This document shows positions 28,947 through 39,443 of a stretch of DNA of 64,000 nucleotides, piece by piece (the stretch's first letter is position 1; every line of letters starts with the position of its first letter). Location: sequence record SRR31156797_326; one strand, written 5' to 3'. Position numbers and translations under genes: made by a program. The notes beneath the pieces are model-generated. The model was not told the DNA's origin, did no database searches, and saw only the letters and a list, made by a program, of their open reading frames with translations.

Positions 28947-28973
28947 GTTAACACAAGCGTTAAACTTAGTTAA
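28947..28973. promoter_or_regulatory. Phased GTTAA repeats
   Basis: GTTAA at 28947, 28959 and 28969, between divergent -7 elements at 28876-28883 (-) and 29013-29020 (+). Confidence 0.4.
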
Positions 28974-29060
28974 TAGCTGTTTTTGTTTTTTTTGCATAAC
29001 GCCGGATAATTTTACTTTTGCGTTCGCAAATATCAATTTCGAAACTTAAACCGAAAAAAT

Positions 29061-29597
29061 ATGAAAGATTTCTTCAAGCTAATTTTTGTATCAGTACTAA
29101 TGATCTCAGCAGTTCAGGTTTCAGCTCAGGATAATGAAGGCGTGAAAACCGGGAATGAAGTGGGGAATTACATTGGTGACTTTGAAGCCAAAGGGCCGAA
29201 CGGTGAGATGCTCAAACTGTCAGATCTTAGGGGTGATCTGGTGATGGTGGTACTTTGGAATTCACTTTGTGGCCACTGCAATGCTGAAAACAAGAAATAC
29301 CAGGAAGCCTATGAAGCTTATCATGGAAAAGAGTTTGTTAATGGTAATGATTTTGAAATTTACCAGATAGCTCTTGATAAAGAAGAAGCCACCTGGCACG
29401 AAGCCATCGAAAGCTATGGTTTTCCATGGGACAATCATGTTTATGTGATTGATAGCTGGAAAGATAAGAACATCCGCTTCTTTGGTGTAAGGAATTTACC
29501 CGGGACTTTTTTGATAGACGAGAATGGAATTATTCTGGCAAAAGGATTTGAAGGAAAAGATATACCGGAGATTCTGAATAAATATGTTAAAAATTAA
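29061..29597 (+). CDS. TlpA/redoxin family thiol-disulfide oxidoreductase
   Basis: Signal peptide, WNSLCGHC, LPGTFLIDENGII. Confidence 0.85.
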   Translation: MKDFFKLIFVSVLMISAVQVSAQDNEGVKTGNEVGNYIGDFEAKGPNGEMLKLSDLRGDLVMVVLWNSLCGHCNAENKKYQEAYEAYHGKEFVNGNDFEIYQIALDKEEATWHEAIESYGFPWDNHVYVIDSWKDKNIRFFGVRNLPGTFLIDENGIILAKGFEGKDIPEILNKYVKN

Positions 29598-29640
29598 GCA
29601 AATCTTTTGTAATTGAATTTGCTAAATAAAAAAAATGTTT

Positions 29641-29648
29641 TACTTTTG
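29641..29648 (+). promoter_or_regulatory. Bacteroidota promoter of rpsT
   Basis: TACTTTTG -7 element with TTTG about 20 bp upstream. Confidence 0.7.
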
Positions 29649-29705
29649 CAGCCCTCAAAAACAGGGCTGTAAAATTTAAAGACAGAAAGTAAATAATTTT
29701 TAATA

Positions 29706-29957
29706 ATGGCAAATCATAAATCTTCATTAAAGCGGATAAGGTCAATAAAGACAAGAACTACTCATAACAGGTATTATGCCCGTTCGATGCGTAACCTGGT
29801 TAAGAAATTCAGGGAACTTACCGATAAAGATGTTGCAACAGAGCAATTTCCAAAGCTATCAGCAATTATCGATAAAAACGCCAAGCGTTCAATTATTCAC
29901 AAGAATAAGGCTGCTAACCTGAAATCAAAACTGTCCAAACACATGGCATCCCTCTAA
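29706..29957 (+). CDS. rpsT: 30S ribosomal protein S20
   Basis: MANHKSSLKRIR...IIHKNKAANLKSKL. Confidence 0.97.
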   Translation: MANHKSSLKRIRSIKTRTTHNRYYARSMRNLVKKFRELTDKDVATEQFPKLSAIIDKNAKRSIIHKNKAANLKSKLSKHMASL

Positions 29958-29980
29958 GGATAAAATCTTCAAAATATTTT

Positions 29981-30014
29981 AAGCCCCTTTTGTTATTAAC
30001 AGAAGGGGCTTTTT
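29981..30014 (+). terminator. Intrinsic terminator
   Basis: AAGCCCCTTTTGTT...AACAGAAGGGGCTT then T run. Confidence 0.8.
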
Positions 30015-30050
30015 CGTATTTTAGCTGCTAATGATTTTATCTATTGAACA

Positions 30051-30761
30051 ATGAAAAATTACCCTGACCAGCCACCCTCTTCCATTCGTTACTGGGCCGA
30101 AAGTGACCGTCCTCGTGAAAAACTTCTGCTGAAAGGAAAATCTGCTTTAAGCGATGCCGAATTGATGGCTATTTTGCTTGGTTCCGGCAATAAAGATGAG
30201 TCGGCTGTTGATTTATCCCGGAGGATTCTTTCAAGCATCCATCACAATCTAATCGAGCTTTCCAAAATGTCGGTATCTGATTTGCAGAGATTTAAGGGAA
30301 TAGGTGAGGCAAAGGCTATAACCATTGTAGCCGCTCTGGAGTTGGGCAGGCGCAGGCGTGGTGCTGAAGTGATGCAACGCAAGTCGGTTACCTCAAGCCG
30401 TGAGGCATTTGAACTGCTTCAACCATTCCTCAGCGATATGCATTATGAGCAATTTGTGATGGTTTTGCTCAACCGTGCAAATCATGTGCTGAAAGTTGTA
30501 AATGTAAGTGACGGCGGAGTATCCGGAACATATGTTGATCCAAAAAAGGTATTCAGGCTGGCACTGGAAGGAAACGCTTCTTCAATAATTTTAGGCCATA
30601 ACCATCCATCAGGAAATTGTAAACCCAGCGATCAGGATATCTCCTTGACCAAAAAATTGAAAAAGGCAGGTGATGTTTTGGATATTGCGGTTTTTGATCA
30701 TATCATCGTTGGGGCAGAAACCTATTATTCCTTTTCGGATGAGGGCATGATGCCTGCATAA
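30051..30761 (+). CDS. radC: RadC/JAB domain protein
   Basis: RPREKL..G..LSDAEL, GIGEAKA, HNHPSG..PS.QD, DHII. Confidence 0.92.
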   Translation: MKNYPDQPPSSIRYWAESDRPREKLLLKGKSALSDAELMAILLGSGNKDESAVDLSRRILSSIHHNLIELSKMSVSDLQRFKGIGEAKAITIVAALELGRRRRGAEVMQRKSVTSSREAFELLQPFLSDMHYEQFVMVLLNRANHVLKVVNVSDGGVSGTYVDPKKVFRLALEGNASSIILGHNHPSGNCKPSDQDISLTKKLKKAGDVLDIAVFDHIIVGAETYYSFSDEGMMPA

Positions 30762-30911
30762 CATGTAAAATGTGATGGTTGGGTGGTGGTAAGTTGGTTC
30801 GTGGCGTGACGTTTTATTGGGATGATTGTGTAACCCAATAAAGCATTCTTAAACACAATACTCCGTTCTTGCAATACTCCAAAAAACAAATTCGGAAAAC
30901 TTCAATATCTT

Positions 30912-32219
30912 TTAGCTGCAAGCATACCTTACCGTTTCGGCATATAGCTCATGCCAGCCTTCCCAGACCCCCGCATTACTCAAGGATTCGTTGTGCCAAA
31001 GGCTCATAAAGGTGCCATCCACAGCTTTCACTTCATCAATTAATAATTTGATTATTTCGAGGGACTGCTCTCTCGATTTGTACAGGTAATCTTTTAACGT
31101 ACCTTCCATAAACTGGAAGCTATGTACCCTCAGGTTCGTTTCTGTTTCCAGGTCGAGGTCATAAAAATAGAAAGGATCGCAAATGCCGGCCCTGAATCCA
31201 ACATCGGCGGCATACCCCATGGTGTAATCATCCGTGATGCCCAGGTTGATCAGGTTCCTGTAGGTGTCAGGAAAAGTGAGCCGGAGGAAGTGCTGCCTGC
31301 TTTGGGTTATTTCGCGGTTCAGGATTTTCGATAGGCGGGATACCTCGGTTTTGAGCTGGCTGAAGCTATCGTGTGAGCCAAAGGAGGGGTGGATGCCAAC
31401 CTCCGCATAATCGCCCAGCGATTTTATGAGTACCTGGAAATGACGGCTGTTTACGGGAATGTTTTTGTCATATTTGCCATAATCACCCAAAAGGATAAAA
31501 TAGATGGTGTCGATCTCATACTTTTTTTGTAGCTGAAGCTGAAAAGAATAGGTGTCGAATGGATCCTTCTGAAAACCGGCAATTACAAATAATCGCTCAA
31601 GGATTTGAGAAAAGTTAAATTTTAATCCGGCTGTTAGAATACCACCAATTGTTCTCACCGTACCCTTGAATTTGTATGCATAGGCCGAATCGATATCGAT
31701 GGTTGAAACAAAATTGAACTTTCTCTCCCTAAACTCCAGTTCCGGGAAATTTTCCTTTAATATGGCTCTCAATTTGTAAGCCCAGATATTCACTACCGGT
31801 TTTCTTAAAAACTCATACTCACCCGAATTACTTTGGGGGGCATCAAACCTGCCAAACCTGTCGCGCATATAGGGCAAATACTCTTCATACCTGGTTACCA
31901 GGAAAAAAGATGCGGCAAACATATCAAAAGGTAGTGCCGAATTTTTACTGTAAACAGGGAAAAAGGCTTTGTTTTTTTCGAAAGTAAATACATTTAAATC
32001 CTGCCCTTCAATACCAGTGCTAAACAGCAGATCAACCGACTGAAAAAAAAGTTCTTTGCCGAATGGGTCAGCAGCATAAGAAAACTTGGGGCCTTTACAT
32101 GCCAAAAATTTTTCGGGACTTGAGGTAATTTCATAGTCAGTACCCAACACCTGCTCCATGATGAGCTTGAAAATGTAGTTAACCCTTTTGGTTAATTTGT
32201 GTGAGTATATTAGTAACAT
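30912..32219 (-). CDS. Polysaccharide deacetylase family protein
   Basis: STIDID, VGIHPS, RQHFLR, DYTMGY, GFRAGIC, LWHNE. Confidence 0.75.
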   Translation of the reverse strand: MLLIYSHKLTKRVNYIFKLIMEQVLGTDYEITSSPEKFLACKGPKFSYAADPFGKELFFQSVDLLFSTGIEGQDLNVFTFEKNKAFFPVYSKNSALPFDMFAASFFLVTRYEEYLPYMRDRFGRFDAPQSNSGEYEFLRKPVVNIWAYKLRAILKENFPELEFRERKFNFVSTIDIDSAYAYKFKGTVRTIGGILTAGLKFNFSQILERLFVIAGFQKDPFDTYSFQLQLQKKYEIDTIYFILLGDYGKYDKNIPVNSRHFQVLIKSLGDYAEVGIHPSFGSHDSFSQLKTEVSRLSKILNREITQSRQHFLRLTFPDTYRNLINLGITDDYTMGYAADVGFRAGICDPFYFYDLDLETETNLRVHSFQFMEGTLKDYLYKSREQSLEIIKLLIDEVKAVDGTFMSLWHNESLSNAGVWEGWHELYAETVRYACS

Positions 32220-32323
32220 AAACCGCTATTGGCATGCAAATGTAAGTATTTTAGGTTCAAAGGTTCCAAATAACTCCAGCTGATTGTTAGCAAAAAAACT
32301 CCGATTGACAACACAAAAAACTT

Positions 32324-32331
32324 TACTTTTG
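32324..32331 (+). promoter_or_regulatory. Bacteroidota -7 promoter element for dnaX
   Basis: TACTTTTG. Confidence 0.6.
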
Positions 32332-32354
32332 AGCTTGAAAAAATTGCAGTTTTA

Positions 32355-34096
32355 ATGGATAATTTTATTGTTTCAGCCAGGAAATACAGGCCTTCAACTT
32401 TTAATACAGTCGTTGGCCAGAGCCACATTACCAACACCCTGAAAAATGCCATCAGGAACAACCAGCTTGCCCAGGCATTTTTATTTACCGGCCCCAGGGG
32501 TGTTGGAAAAACAACCTGTGCACGTATTCTTGCAAAAACCATTAACTGTATGAATCCGGGTGAAAACCTTGAACCTTGCAATGCCTGTGAATCCTGTGTT
32601 TCGTTTAATAAAAACGCATCTTTTAATATCCACGAACTTGATGCTGCATCAAACAATTCGGTGGATGATATCCGGGTTCTGGTAGACCAGGTGCGTATAC
32701 CCCCGCAGGTTGGGAAATACAAGGTACATATCATCGATGAGGTTCACATGCTCTCACAGCAAGCTTTTAATGCTTTCCTTAAAACACTGGAGGAGCCACC
32801 GGAATATGCCAAATTTATTTTGGCTACAACCGAAAAACATAAGATCATCCCAACCATTTTGTCGCGTTGCCAGATTTATGATTTTAAACGGATCGGGGTA
32901 AAAGATATAGCCGAGCATCTGAAATACGTGGCATCCAGCGAAAATGTAAATGCCGAATCAGAAGCCCTGCAGATAATTGCACAAAAAGCTGACGGTGCGC
33001 TACGTGATGCACTCTCGATTTTTGATCAGTTGGTGAGTTTTGCAGGAAATGAGCTCACTTACAAGCATGTGGTTGAAAACCTCAATGTGCTCGATTACGA
33101 TTACTATTTTCGACTGACAGAAAATCTTGTGAATGGACAATTATCTGAGGCCTTACTTGTTTTGGATAAAATCCTTGAATCCGGATTTGATGGCCAGCAT
33201 TTTTTAACCGGGCTTGGAGCTCACCTTCGTGATTTGCTGGTTTGCCAGGACGAGAAAACGGTTCAGCTTCTTGAAGTTGGAGATAGAATTAAAGAACGAT
33301 ACCGAGAACAGGCAGGAAATACGGAATTGCAGTTTCTGCTCAAGTCTCTTGATATTATTCAAAAAAATGACTTTACCTATAAGAGCAGCAATAACAAACG
33401 ATTGCAACTTGAAATTACTTTGATGCAAATTTCAGGATTGAAATTGCTCGAGCAAAAAGAACCCATTGAAGCAGCCGGCCCTAAACCGGTAAAAAAAAAA
33501 CTTTAGCCAATGATCAGTCTGCAGCCAGTCAAACGGCGAGGGCTAAAATTGTAGGCTTATCTCATTCCAATTCACAGCAGGTTAAAAGAAAGCCTGAAGA
33601 AGTACCTGCAGATTCAAAGCATTTCCTGCCAGGGTCAGTTTCCATTAAAGACAATATCAGCGATAAGGCTGAAGAAAAGGAGCTTACAGAAATCTTTGAT
33701 AAAGATTCTGAAGAATTTAAAAATGCAAAACCGATTGACAAAGATTTGCTTGATGAAGCCTGGAAGGAACTGGCATTCGCGGTATCAGAGGACCAACCCG
33801 ATCTCGGCAGTACCCTTGCTGCCAGTATGCCTAAAGCAACTAAAGATTTTGAATTGGAGTTTGAAGTTAAAAACGCTATTCAAAAGGATAAACTGGATAG
33901 TCAACGGACGGATTTGGTGCCGGTTATCCGGGAGAAACTGGGCAACCGTTTTGTGAATATAAAGGTAGTGGTTAATCCGGATAGGTTTGATGACCTGAAG
34001 CCCGCAACACCTGTTGAGAAATTTACCCGCCTGGCCGAGAAAAATCCTGTTGTAAAAGACCTTCAAAAGAAGTTTGGATTAGAGCCTAATTATTGA
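32355..34096 (+). CDS. dnaX: DNA polymerase III gamma/tau; gamma 32355-33506, tau by -1 recoding at the A10 run (33491-33500)
   Basis: ARKYRP, GPRGVGKTT, DEVHML, ILSRCQ; the -1 frame is open without stops from 33500 to 34096 and ends in a tau-like tail (EKF..L.EKNP...L...FGLE). Confidence 0.9.
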
Positions 34097-34098
34097 CA

Positions 34099-35613
34099 CT
34101 AATTCGATACCTGCGCCCATGACGGGAAAATGCCAGGTTCAATGTCGAAAACCAGTGAGCCCAACCAGTAGGTCATCAGTGTGATGACAATTGCCCCGAT
34201 GATGTTGAGGATGAGGCCGTTTCGCGCCATCTGCATCACCTGAAGCCGGTTTGTGCCAAATACGATTGCATTGGGCGGGGTTGCCACCGGAAGCATAAAC
34301 GCCATGGAACCTGATAGCGTTGCCGGGATCATAAACAACAGTGGATTGGTTTCGGTACTTATGGCTATTCCGGCAAGTATGGGTAGTATCATTTCGGTTG
34401 TGGCCGTGTTGGATGTAAGTTCCGTGAGGAAGGTCATAAGTATGGCAATGGTGAAAATAACCAGTATCGGATCGTAATCGGCAACCCAAACAAGCTGTTC
34501 GCCAAACCATCCTGAAAGGCCCGACTCCTTAAACCCTGAAGCCAGCGCAAATCCGCCACCAAAAAGTAACACAATATTCCAAGGCAGCTTTTCAGCCGCT
34601 TTCCAGTTCATAATTCGTCCCGGATTACTTTTCCCGGATGGAAGCACAAATAGCATGATGGATATGACAATGGCAACAGTCCCGTCGTTAATAAAACTGT
34701 GGTCAGGAAACAATCCGGACCAGCCAGGGATAGAAAAACTCCCTAAATCAATATCCGACCTGAACAACCATAAAAAAGCAACCAGGATAAAGTGCACCAG
34801 AATTACCCTTTCTTCATATTTAATGGGGCCCATTTCATTCAGCTGACTTCTGAATGTCTGTTTGCCAACATGCGACCATTGTGACCTGGCAGGTTTAAAA
34901 ACCAGGTAAAGATAACTCCACGCAATGGCAAACACAGTAACACTTACAGGCAGTGCAAACAAAAACCATCGTGCAAATGATATTTCAGGCGCTTCAGCAA
35001 AATAGATATGGAATATCCGTGAAAACGACAGATTTGGCGGGGTTCCCACCAGGGTAGCAATTCCGCCAATGGAAGCACTATAAGCTACTCCCAGCAAAAG
35101 CCCTGTGGTATATTTTGAAACATTTTTTTTGCCGACCAGTTCCTCCAATTTGCTGATAATGGAAAGTAAAATGGGGATCATCATCATAGTGGTAGCTGTG
35201 TTGGATATCCACATCGAAAGAAAAGCCGTTGCTGTCATAAATCCCAGTAATATTCTTCCGGGGCTTACACCGGTCATTAACAGGATCCTCAGGGCAATTC
35301 TGCGGTGCAAATTCCAACGTTGCATGGCAAGAGCAATGATAAAGCCTCCGATGAACAGAAAGATAACATGGTTAAAATAGGTGGAAGAAACATCCTTGCC
35401 ATCCATAATTCCAAGGAGTGGGAATAATGCAACCGGCAACAAAGAAGTTACTGCCAGCGGAACAATCTCAGTGATCCACCAAACTGCCATCAGGAGCGCC
35501 ACTGCAAGTGTTCTGCTGACCAATGGATTTTCAGGATCAAAATCACCAAATAGGATAATCGCTGCAGATATTGCAGGTGTAAGAATGAAACTGATGAAAG
35601 GCTTGATTTTCAA
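34099..35613 (-). CDS. SLC13/DASS family permease
   Basis: SMWISNTAT, GTPPN, SNTAT, FMLPVATPPNAIV. Confidence 0.9.
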   Translation of the reverse strand: MKIKPFISFILTPAISAAIILFGDFDPENPLVSRTLAVALLMAVWWITEIVPLAVTSLLPVALFPLLGIMDGKDVSSTYFNHVIFLFIGGFIIALAMQRWNLHRRIALRILLMTGVSPGRILLGFMTATAFLSMWISNTATTMMMIPILLSIISKLEELVGKKNVSKYTTGLLLGVAYSASIGGIATLVGTPPNLSFSRIFHIYFAEAPEISFARWFLFALPVSVTVFAIAWSYLYLVFKPARSQWSHVGKQTFRSQLNEMGPIKYEERVILVHFILVAFLWLFRSDIDLGSFSIPGWSGLFPDHSFINDGTVAIVISIMLFVLPSGKSNPGRIMNWKAAEKLPWNIVLLFGGGFALASGFKESGLSGWFGEQLVWVADYDPILVIFTIAILMTFLTELTSNTATTEMILPILAGIAISTETNPLLFMIPATLSGSMAFMLPVATPPNAIVFGTNRLQVMQMARNGLILNIIGAIVITLMTYWLGSLVFDIEPGIFPSWAQVSN

Positions 35614-35849
35614 CGGCTATAAAAGTATGTAAGAGAAAGTTAGGGCTAATGTACGAAAAAAGGGTAAATCTCCGATCTATCAAAGTGAAAATGGTAATGG
35701 GATCATCGAATATTCATTAGCTTTGCTGCCTCAAAAATGTTTGGGTTTATCAGTTGATTAGCAGGGATTAATCTGTAAATATGAATGTGTAGATCCATGC
35801 TTTGAGAAGGAATAGTCTAAAAAATATTAACCATAAAAATTAGGTGTAA

Positions 35850-36797
35850 ATGAAGAAACTGGCAGTTGTTGCCCTTGGCGGAAATGCCTTGCTGCAAAGT
35901 GATCAGAATGGAACCATTGATGAACAGGAAAGAAATGCTTTTGAAACCAGCGAGCGGTTACTTGTGCTGATAAGAGAAAAACGTTACAACCTGGTAATTT
36001 CGCATGGAAACGGCCCACAGGTAGGAAACCTCTTGTTGAACAATACGGCAGGTAAAAAGCTTTACGGTCTGCCCGAAATGCCTCTTGATATATGTGTGGC
36101 TTACTCCCAGGGCTTTATTGGTTATGTAATTGAGCAACAGCTTAGGAATGTGTTGATGAAAAATGACCTGGATCGTGACATTCTAACCATTATCACACAG
36201 GTGTTGGTGAACAAGGATGATAAAGCATTTAATAATCCAACCAAACCAATCGGCCCTTTTTATACAAAAGATGAAGCAGACAAAATTACCGCCGAAACTG
36301 GTGCTCAGTTTGCTGAAGATCCACGAGGAAGGGGGTGGCGTAAGGTAGTTGCCTCTCCAAAGCCCCTGGTCATCAACAATAAAAAATCCATCGAAAAAAT
36401 TGCCCGTGAAGGAACCATTGTAGTTGCAGTAGGCGGTGGCGGAATCCCGGTGTTTTACAAAAAAGAAAACCTGTTGCAGGGTATCGATGCTGTAATTGAT
36501 AAGGACTTAGCCTCGGCACTTTTGGCGGCGCAGATAAATGCAGACAAGCTTTTTATTTTGACCGATGTGCCCAAAGTTTGCATAAATTTCAATACTCCAC
36601 AGGAGAAAGCCCTCGACCGGATTACCATTGCAGAAGCTAAAAAATACCTGAAAGAAGGCCATTTTGCCGAGGGTAGTATGGCTCCAAAAATCCGCGCAGC
36701 GATTTATTTCGTGGAACACAGTGGTAAGGACGCGATCATAACCAAAACCACAAAATTGGGTATTGATGATGGTGGTACCAGGGTTGTGATGGTATGA
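35850..36797 (+). CDS. arcC: Carbamate kinase
   Basis: VALGGNAL, HGNGPQVG, NPTKPIGPF, GWRKVVASP, AVIDKD, GSMAPK. Confidence 0.95.
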   Translation: MKKLAVVALGGNALLQSDQNGTIDEQERNAFETSERLLVLIREKRYNLVISHGNGPQVGNLLLNNTAGKKLYGLPEMPLDICVAYSQGFIGYVIEQQLRNVLMKNDLDRDILTIITQVLVNKDDKAFNNPTKPIGPFYTKDEADKITAETGAQFAEDPRGRGWRKVVASPKPLVINNKKSIEKIAREGTIVVAVGGGGIPVFYKKENLLQGIDAVIDKDLASALLAAQINADKLFILTDVPKVCINFNTPQEKALDRITIAEAKKYLKEGHFAEGSMAPKIRAAIYFVEHSGKDAIITKTTKLGIDDGGTRVVMV

Positions 36798-36858
36798 TGA
36801 TGGCAGCATAAAGAATAACGAACAACTAAATAACTTAATAACAAATAACTAAACAACA

Positions 36859-37860
36859 ATGGCATTCAATTTAAGAAACCGTAATTTTTTAAAACTCCTG
36901 GATTACACGCCCCAGGAGATTAAGTTTTTACTCGACCTATCAGCTGATCTGAAAAAGGCGAAATATGCCGGAACCGAGCAGCAGCTTTTAAAAGGCAAAA
37001 ATGTAGTACTGCTTTTTGCAAAAGATTCAACCCGTACACGTTGCGCTTTTGAAGTGGCTGCGCTTGACCAGGGTGCCGGTGTAACTTACCTCGGCCCATC
37101 AGGATCGCAAATGGGGAAAAAGGAATCGATGAAAGATACAGCCCGTGTACTTGGACGTATGTACGACGGCATTGAGTATCGAGGATTTGGTCAGGAGATC
37201 ATCGAAGAATTGGGTAAATACGCCGGGGTCCCGGTTTGGAACGGCCTAACCAACGAATATCATCCAACCCAGATTCTGGCTGATTTTCTTACCATGCAGG
37301 AACACTCCGATAAGCCTTTAAGCAAAGTTTCGTTTGCATACCTTGGCGATGCACGCAACAACATGGGTAATTCATTGATGGTTGGTGCTGCCAAAATGGG
37401 TATGGATTTTCGCGCAGTAGCACCGAAAGAACTGCATCCAACCGATGAGCTGGTTGCAACCTGTAAGGAAATTGCAAAAGAAACAGGTGCTACAATTACA
37501 GTTACAGATAATGTTGATGAAGGAGTGAAAGGTGTAGATTTTCTATATACGGATGTCTGGGTTTCGATGGGTGAACCTGAGGAGGAATGGAAGCGGCGGA
37601 TCGAAATGATGGAACCGTACCAGATAAATATGGATATGATTAAGAAAACAGGGAATGGAAATGTGAAATTTATGCATTGCCTGCCTGCTTTCCATAATCG
37701 TGAAACCACTGTTGGTGAAGATATCTATCAAAAATTCGGACTATCTGAAATGGAAGTTTCCGAAGAAGTTTTTGAATCAGCTCATTCCATAGTTTTTGAT
37801 GAAGCCGAAAACAGGTTGCACACCATTAAAGCAGTTATGGTAGCAACACTGGGTAATTAG
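36859..37860 (+). CDS. arcB: Ornithine carbamoyltransferase (likely catabolic)
   Basis: [27 protein letters not shown]; co-oriented with arcC. Confidence 0.9.
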   Translation: MAFNLRNRNFLKLLDYTPQEIKFLLDLSADLKKAKYAGTEQQLLKGKNVVLLFAKDSTRTRCAFEVAALDQGAGVTYLGPSGSQMGKKESMKDTARVLGRMYDGIEYRGFGQEIIEELGKYAGVPVWNGLTNEYHPTQILADFLTMQEHSDKPLSKVSFAYLGDARNNMGNSLMVGAAKMGMDFRAVAPKELHPTDELVATCKEIAKETGATITVTDNVDEGVKGVDFLYTDVWVSMGEPEEEWKRRIEMMEPYQINMDMIKKTGNGNVKFMHCLPAFHNRETTVGEDIYQKFGLSEMEVSEEVFESAHSIVFDEAENRLHTIKAVMVATLGN

Positions 37861-37878
37861 CCAAATCCATACAGGAAC

Positions 37879-37914
37879 AAAAAAGCCGCTATCCAAAAGG
37901 AAGCGGCTTTTTTT
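37879..37914. terminator. Bidirectional intrinsic terminator
   Basis: AAAAAAGCCGCT...AGCGGCTTTTTTT between convergent genes. Confidence 0.85.
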
Positions 37915-37929
37915 ATTTGCCAGATATAC

Positions 37930-39408
37930 TTATTTGATGATTAATTTTCGTGTGAGCATGTTCTCGCCGATGTTGAGATTTACCAGGTAAATACCCTTTG
38001 CCATTCCATCCAGGTTAAGGTACAATGAATTTTGACCTGTTACAAGATTTACAGCTCCGGTTTGAATTTCCTGCCCGGTTAGATCGGTAATAGAATAGGT
38101 TGCTTTTCCTGCTTTCCTTGCAGAAATATTCAACGTTGCCATATCAACGGCTGGATTCGGGAAAATAGAAACTTGTTCAGTATTCAGGTATTCATTAATG
38201 CCGATCGGGCCAATGGTAGTGAACGACCAGGGTTCAGAGTAACTGCTGGTATCCTGCTCTGCACAGGCTCTTACGCGCCAAAAATATTTGGTTCCTTCTT
38301 CCAGGGCTGTGCCGATATTAAGGAATGCTGAACCAATATTTACAGATTGGGTTTCAGCAAAAGTTGAGTCGGTTCCGTATTGCACATCATATGTTGTTGA
38401 ACCAACAATCGGTTCCCAGCTTAAGGTAGGGTTAACTTCAACGCTGTCAATCATGTTAAATGGTTCCAAATGGGTAACCATATTGGCTGTAACAAACGAC
38501 CAGGGTTCGCACCAGGCCGTGGTGTCACGTGTATTTTTACCTCTGACTCTCCAAAAATATTCAGTTCCATATAAAAGTGTTGGAACGGGAACTTCTGTAG
38601 AATCCACAAAATAGGTAAGTGAACCATTGAAGGAGGGGGTAATATGTACCTGGTATTCATATTCAGTAGTTCCGTCAAACTCATCCCATTCGATAAAGAA
38701 TTCCAGATCAGTATTTGTTGATCCATCACTGGGTTTGTCAAGTTCAATTAAATTATCTGTGATAAAACTAAAAGGGTCTGTCCAGGGGCATGTATCATTA
38801 GGATGAACAGTACGCATCCGCCAATACATGGTGTCACCATAGTACACGTGGTTCAGATCATAGCTAAAGCCGTTTCCTTCAGGTATAAACAGATTCCATT
38901 CTGGGTTACCACCGGTCAGGTTCTCAGCATCCAGATCAACCTGTAACTGGTAAGCATCAAAACCTGACAAGGTATATCCATTATACTTGTCTTCCCATTC
39001 CAGTTCTACAAGTGCCTGCAATTCATCTTCACCATCATCAGGGTCTGTTAGCTCAAGAATTTGAAATGTGGTAAAACTGCGGGTATCAGACCATGCTGAA
39101 TAATCACCATCCTGAACAGCGCGAACTCTCCAGTAGTAGGTTGAGTTAAACATCAGGTATGAATTCTGGAATGCTGACAAAGGAATCTCTTCGTTAACGA
39201 TTGGGTTGTTCAGGTTTTCATTGGTTGAAACCACAACGTGATAACCTGTTGCATTCAGTACTGCAGTCCAGTCGAGAATCGCATCGGGCATTACTTCTGT
39301 ATCTTCATCATCAGGTCCAAGAAGTTCTGGTGTGTCGATTCTATATTGGCCAAATGAAAAAACAGCGATAAATATGAGTGAAAACGCGGTAAAAAATATT
39401 TTTTTCAT
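37930..39408 (-). CDS. T9SS-secreted protein with four FN3-like repeats
   Basis: Four units ending Y/FWRVR...WS...SFTT; IFPNP...GIYLV...RKLIIK CTD. Confidence 0.85.
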   Translation of the reverse strand: MKKIFFTAFSLIFIAVFSFGQYRIDTPELLGPDDEDTEVMPDAILDWTAVLNATGYHVVVSTNENLNNPIVNEEIPLSAFQNSYLMFNSTYYWRVRAVQDGDYSAWSDTRSFTTFQILELTDPDDGEDELQALVELEWEDKYNGYTLSGFDAYQLQVDLDAENLTGGNPEWNLFIPEGNGFSYDLNHVYYGDTMYWRMRTVHPNDTCPWTDPFSFITDNLIELDKPSDGSTNTDLEFFIEWDEFDGTTEYEYQVHITPSFNGSLTYFVDSTEVPVPTLLYGTEYFWRVRGKNTRDTTAWCEPWSFVTANMVTHLEPFNMIDSVEVNPTLSWEPIVGSTTYDVQYGTDSTFAETQSVNIGSAFLNIGTALEEGTKYFWRVRACAEQDTSSYSEPWSFTTIGPIGINEYLNTEQVSIFPNPAVDMATLNISARKAGKATYSITDLTGQEIQTGAVNLVTGQNSLYLNLDGMAKGIYLVNLNIGENMLTRKLIIK

Positions 39409-39443
39409 GTCTAAAATTGTTTAAAGTTGATTCAAAAACAGGT

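Noticed and set aside
30051-30761. radC as a mobile-element marker
   Set aside because: Full-length chromosomal type next to rpsT, with no mobile genes nearby
30856-30880. CAATACTCC present twice
   Set aside because: Only two short copies in a convergent spacer; no array
32210-32734. 174-aa minus-strand ORF
   Set aside because: Antisense shadow of the conserved dnaX N-terminus
33746-34096. Separate 116-aa gene after dnaX
   Set aside because: Its frame is open back to the A10 run; better read as the tau C-terminal part
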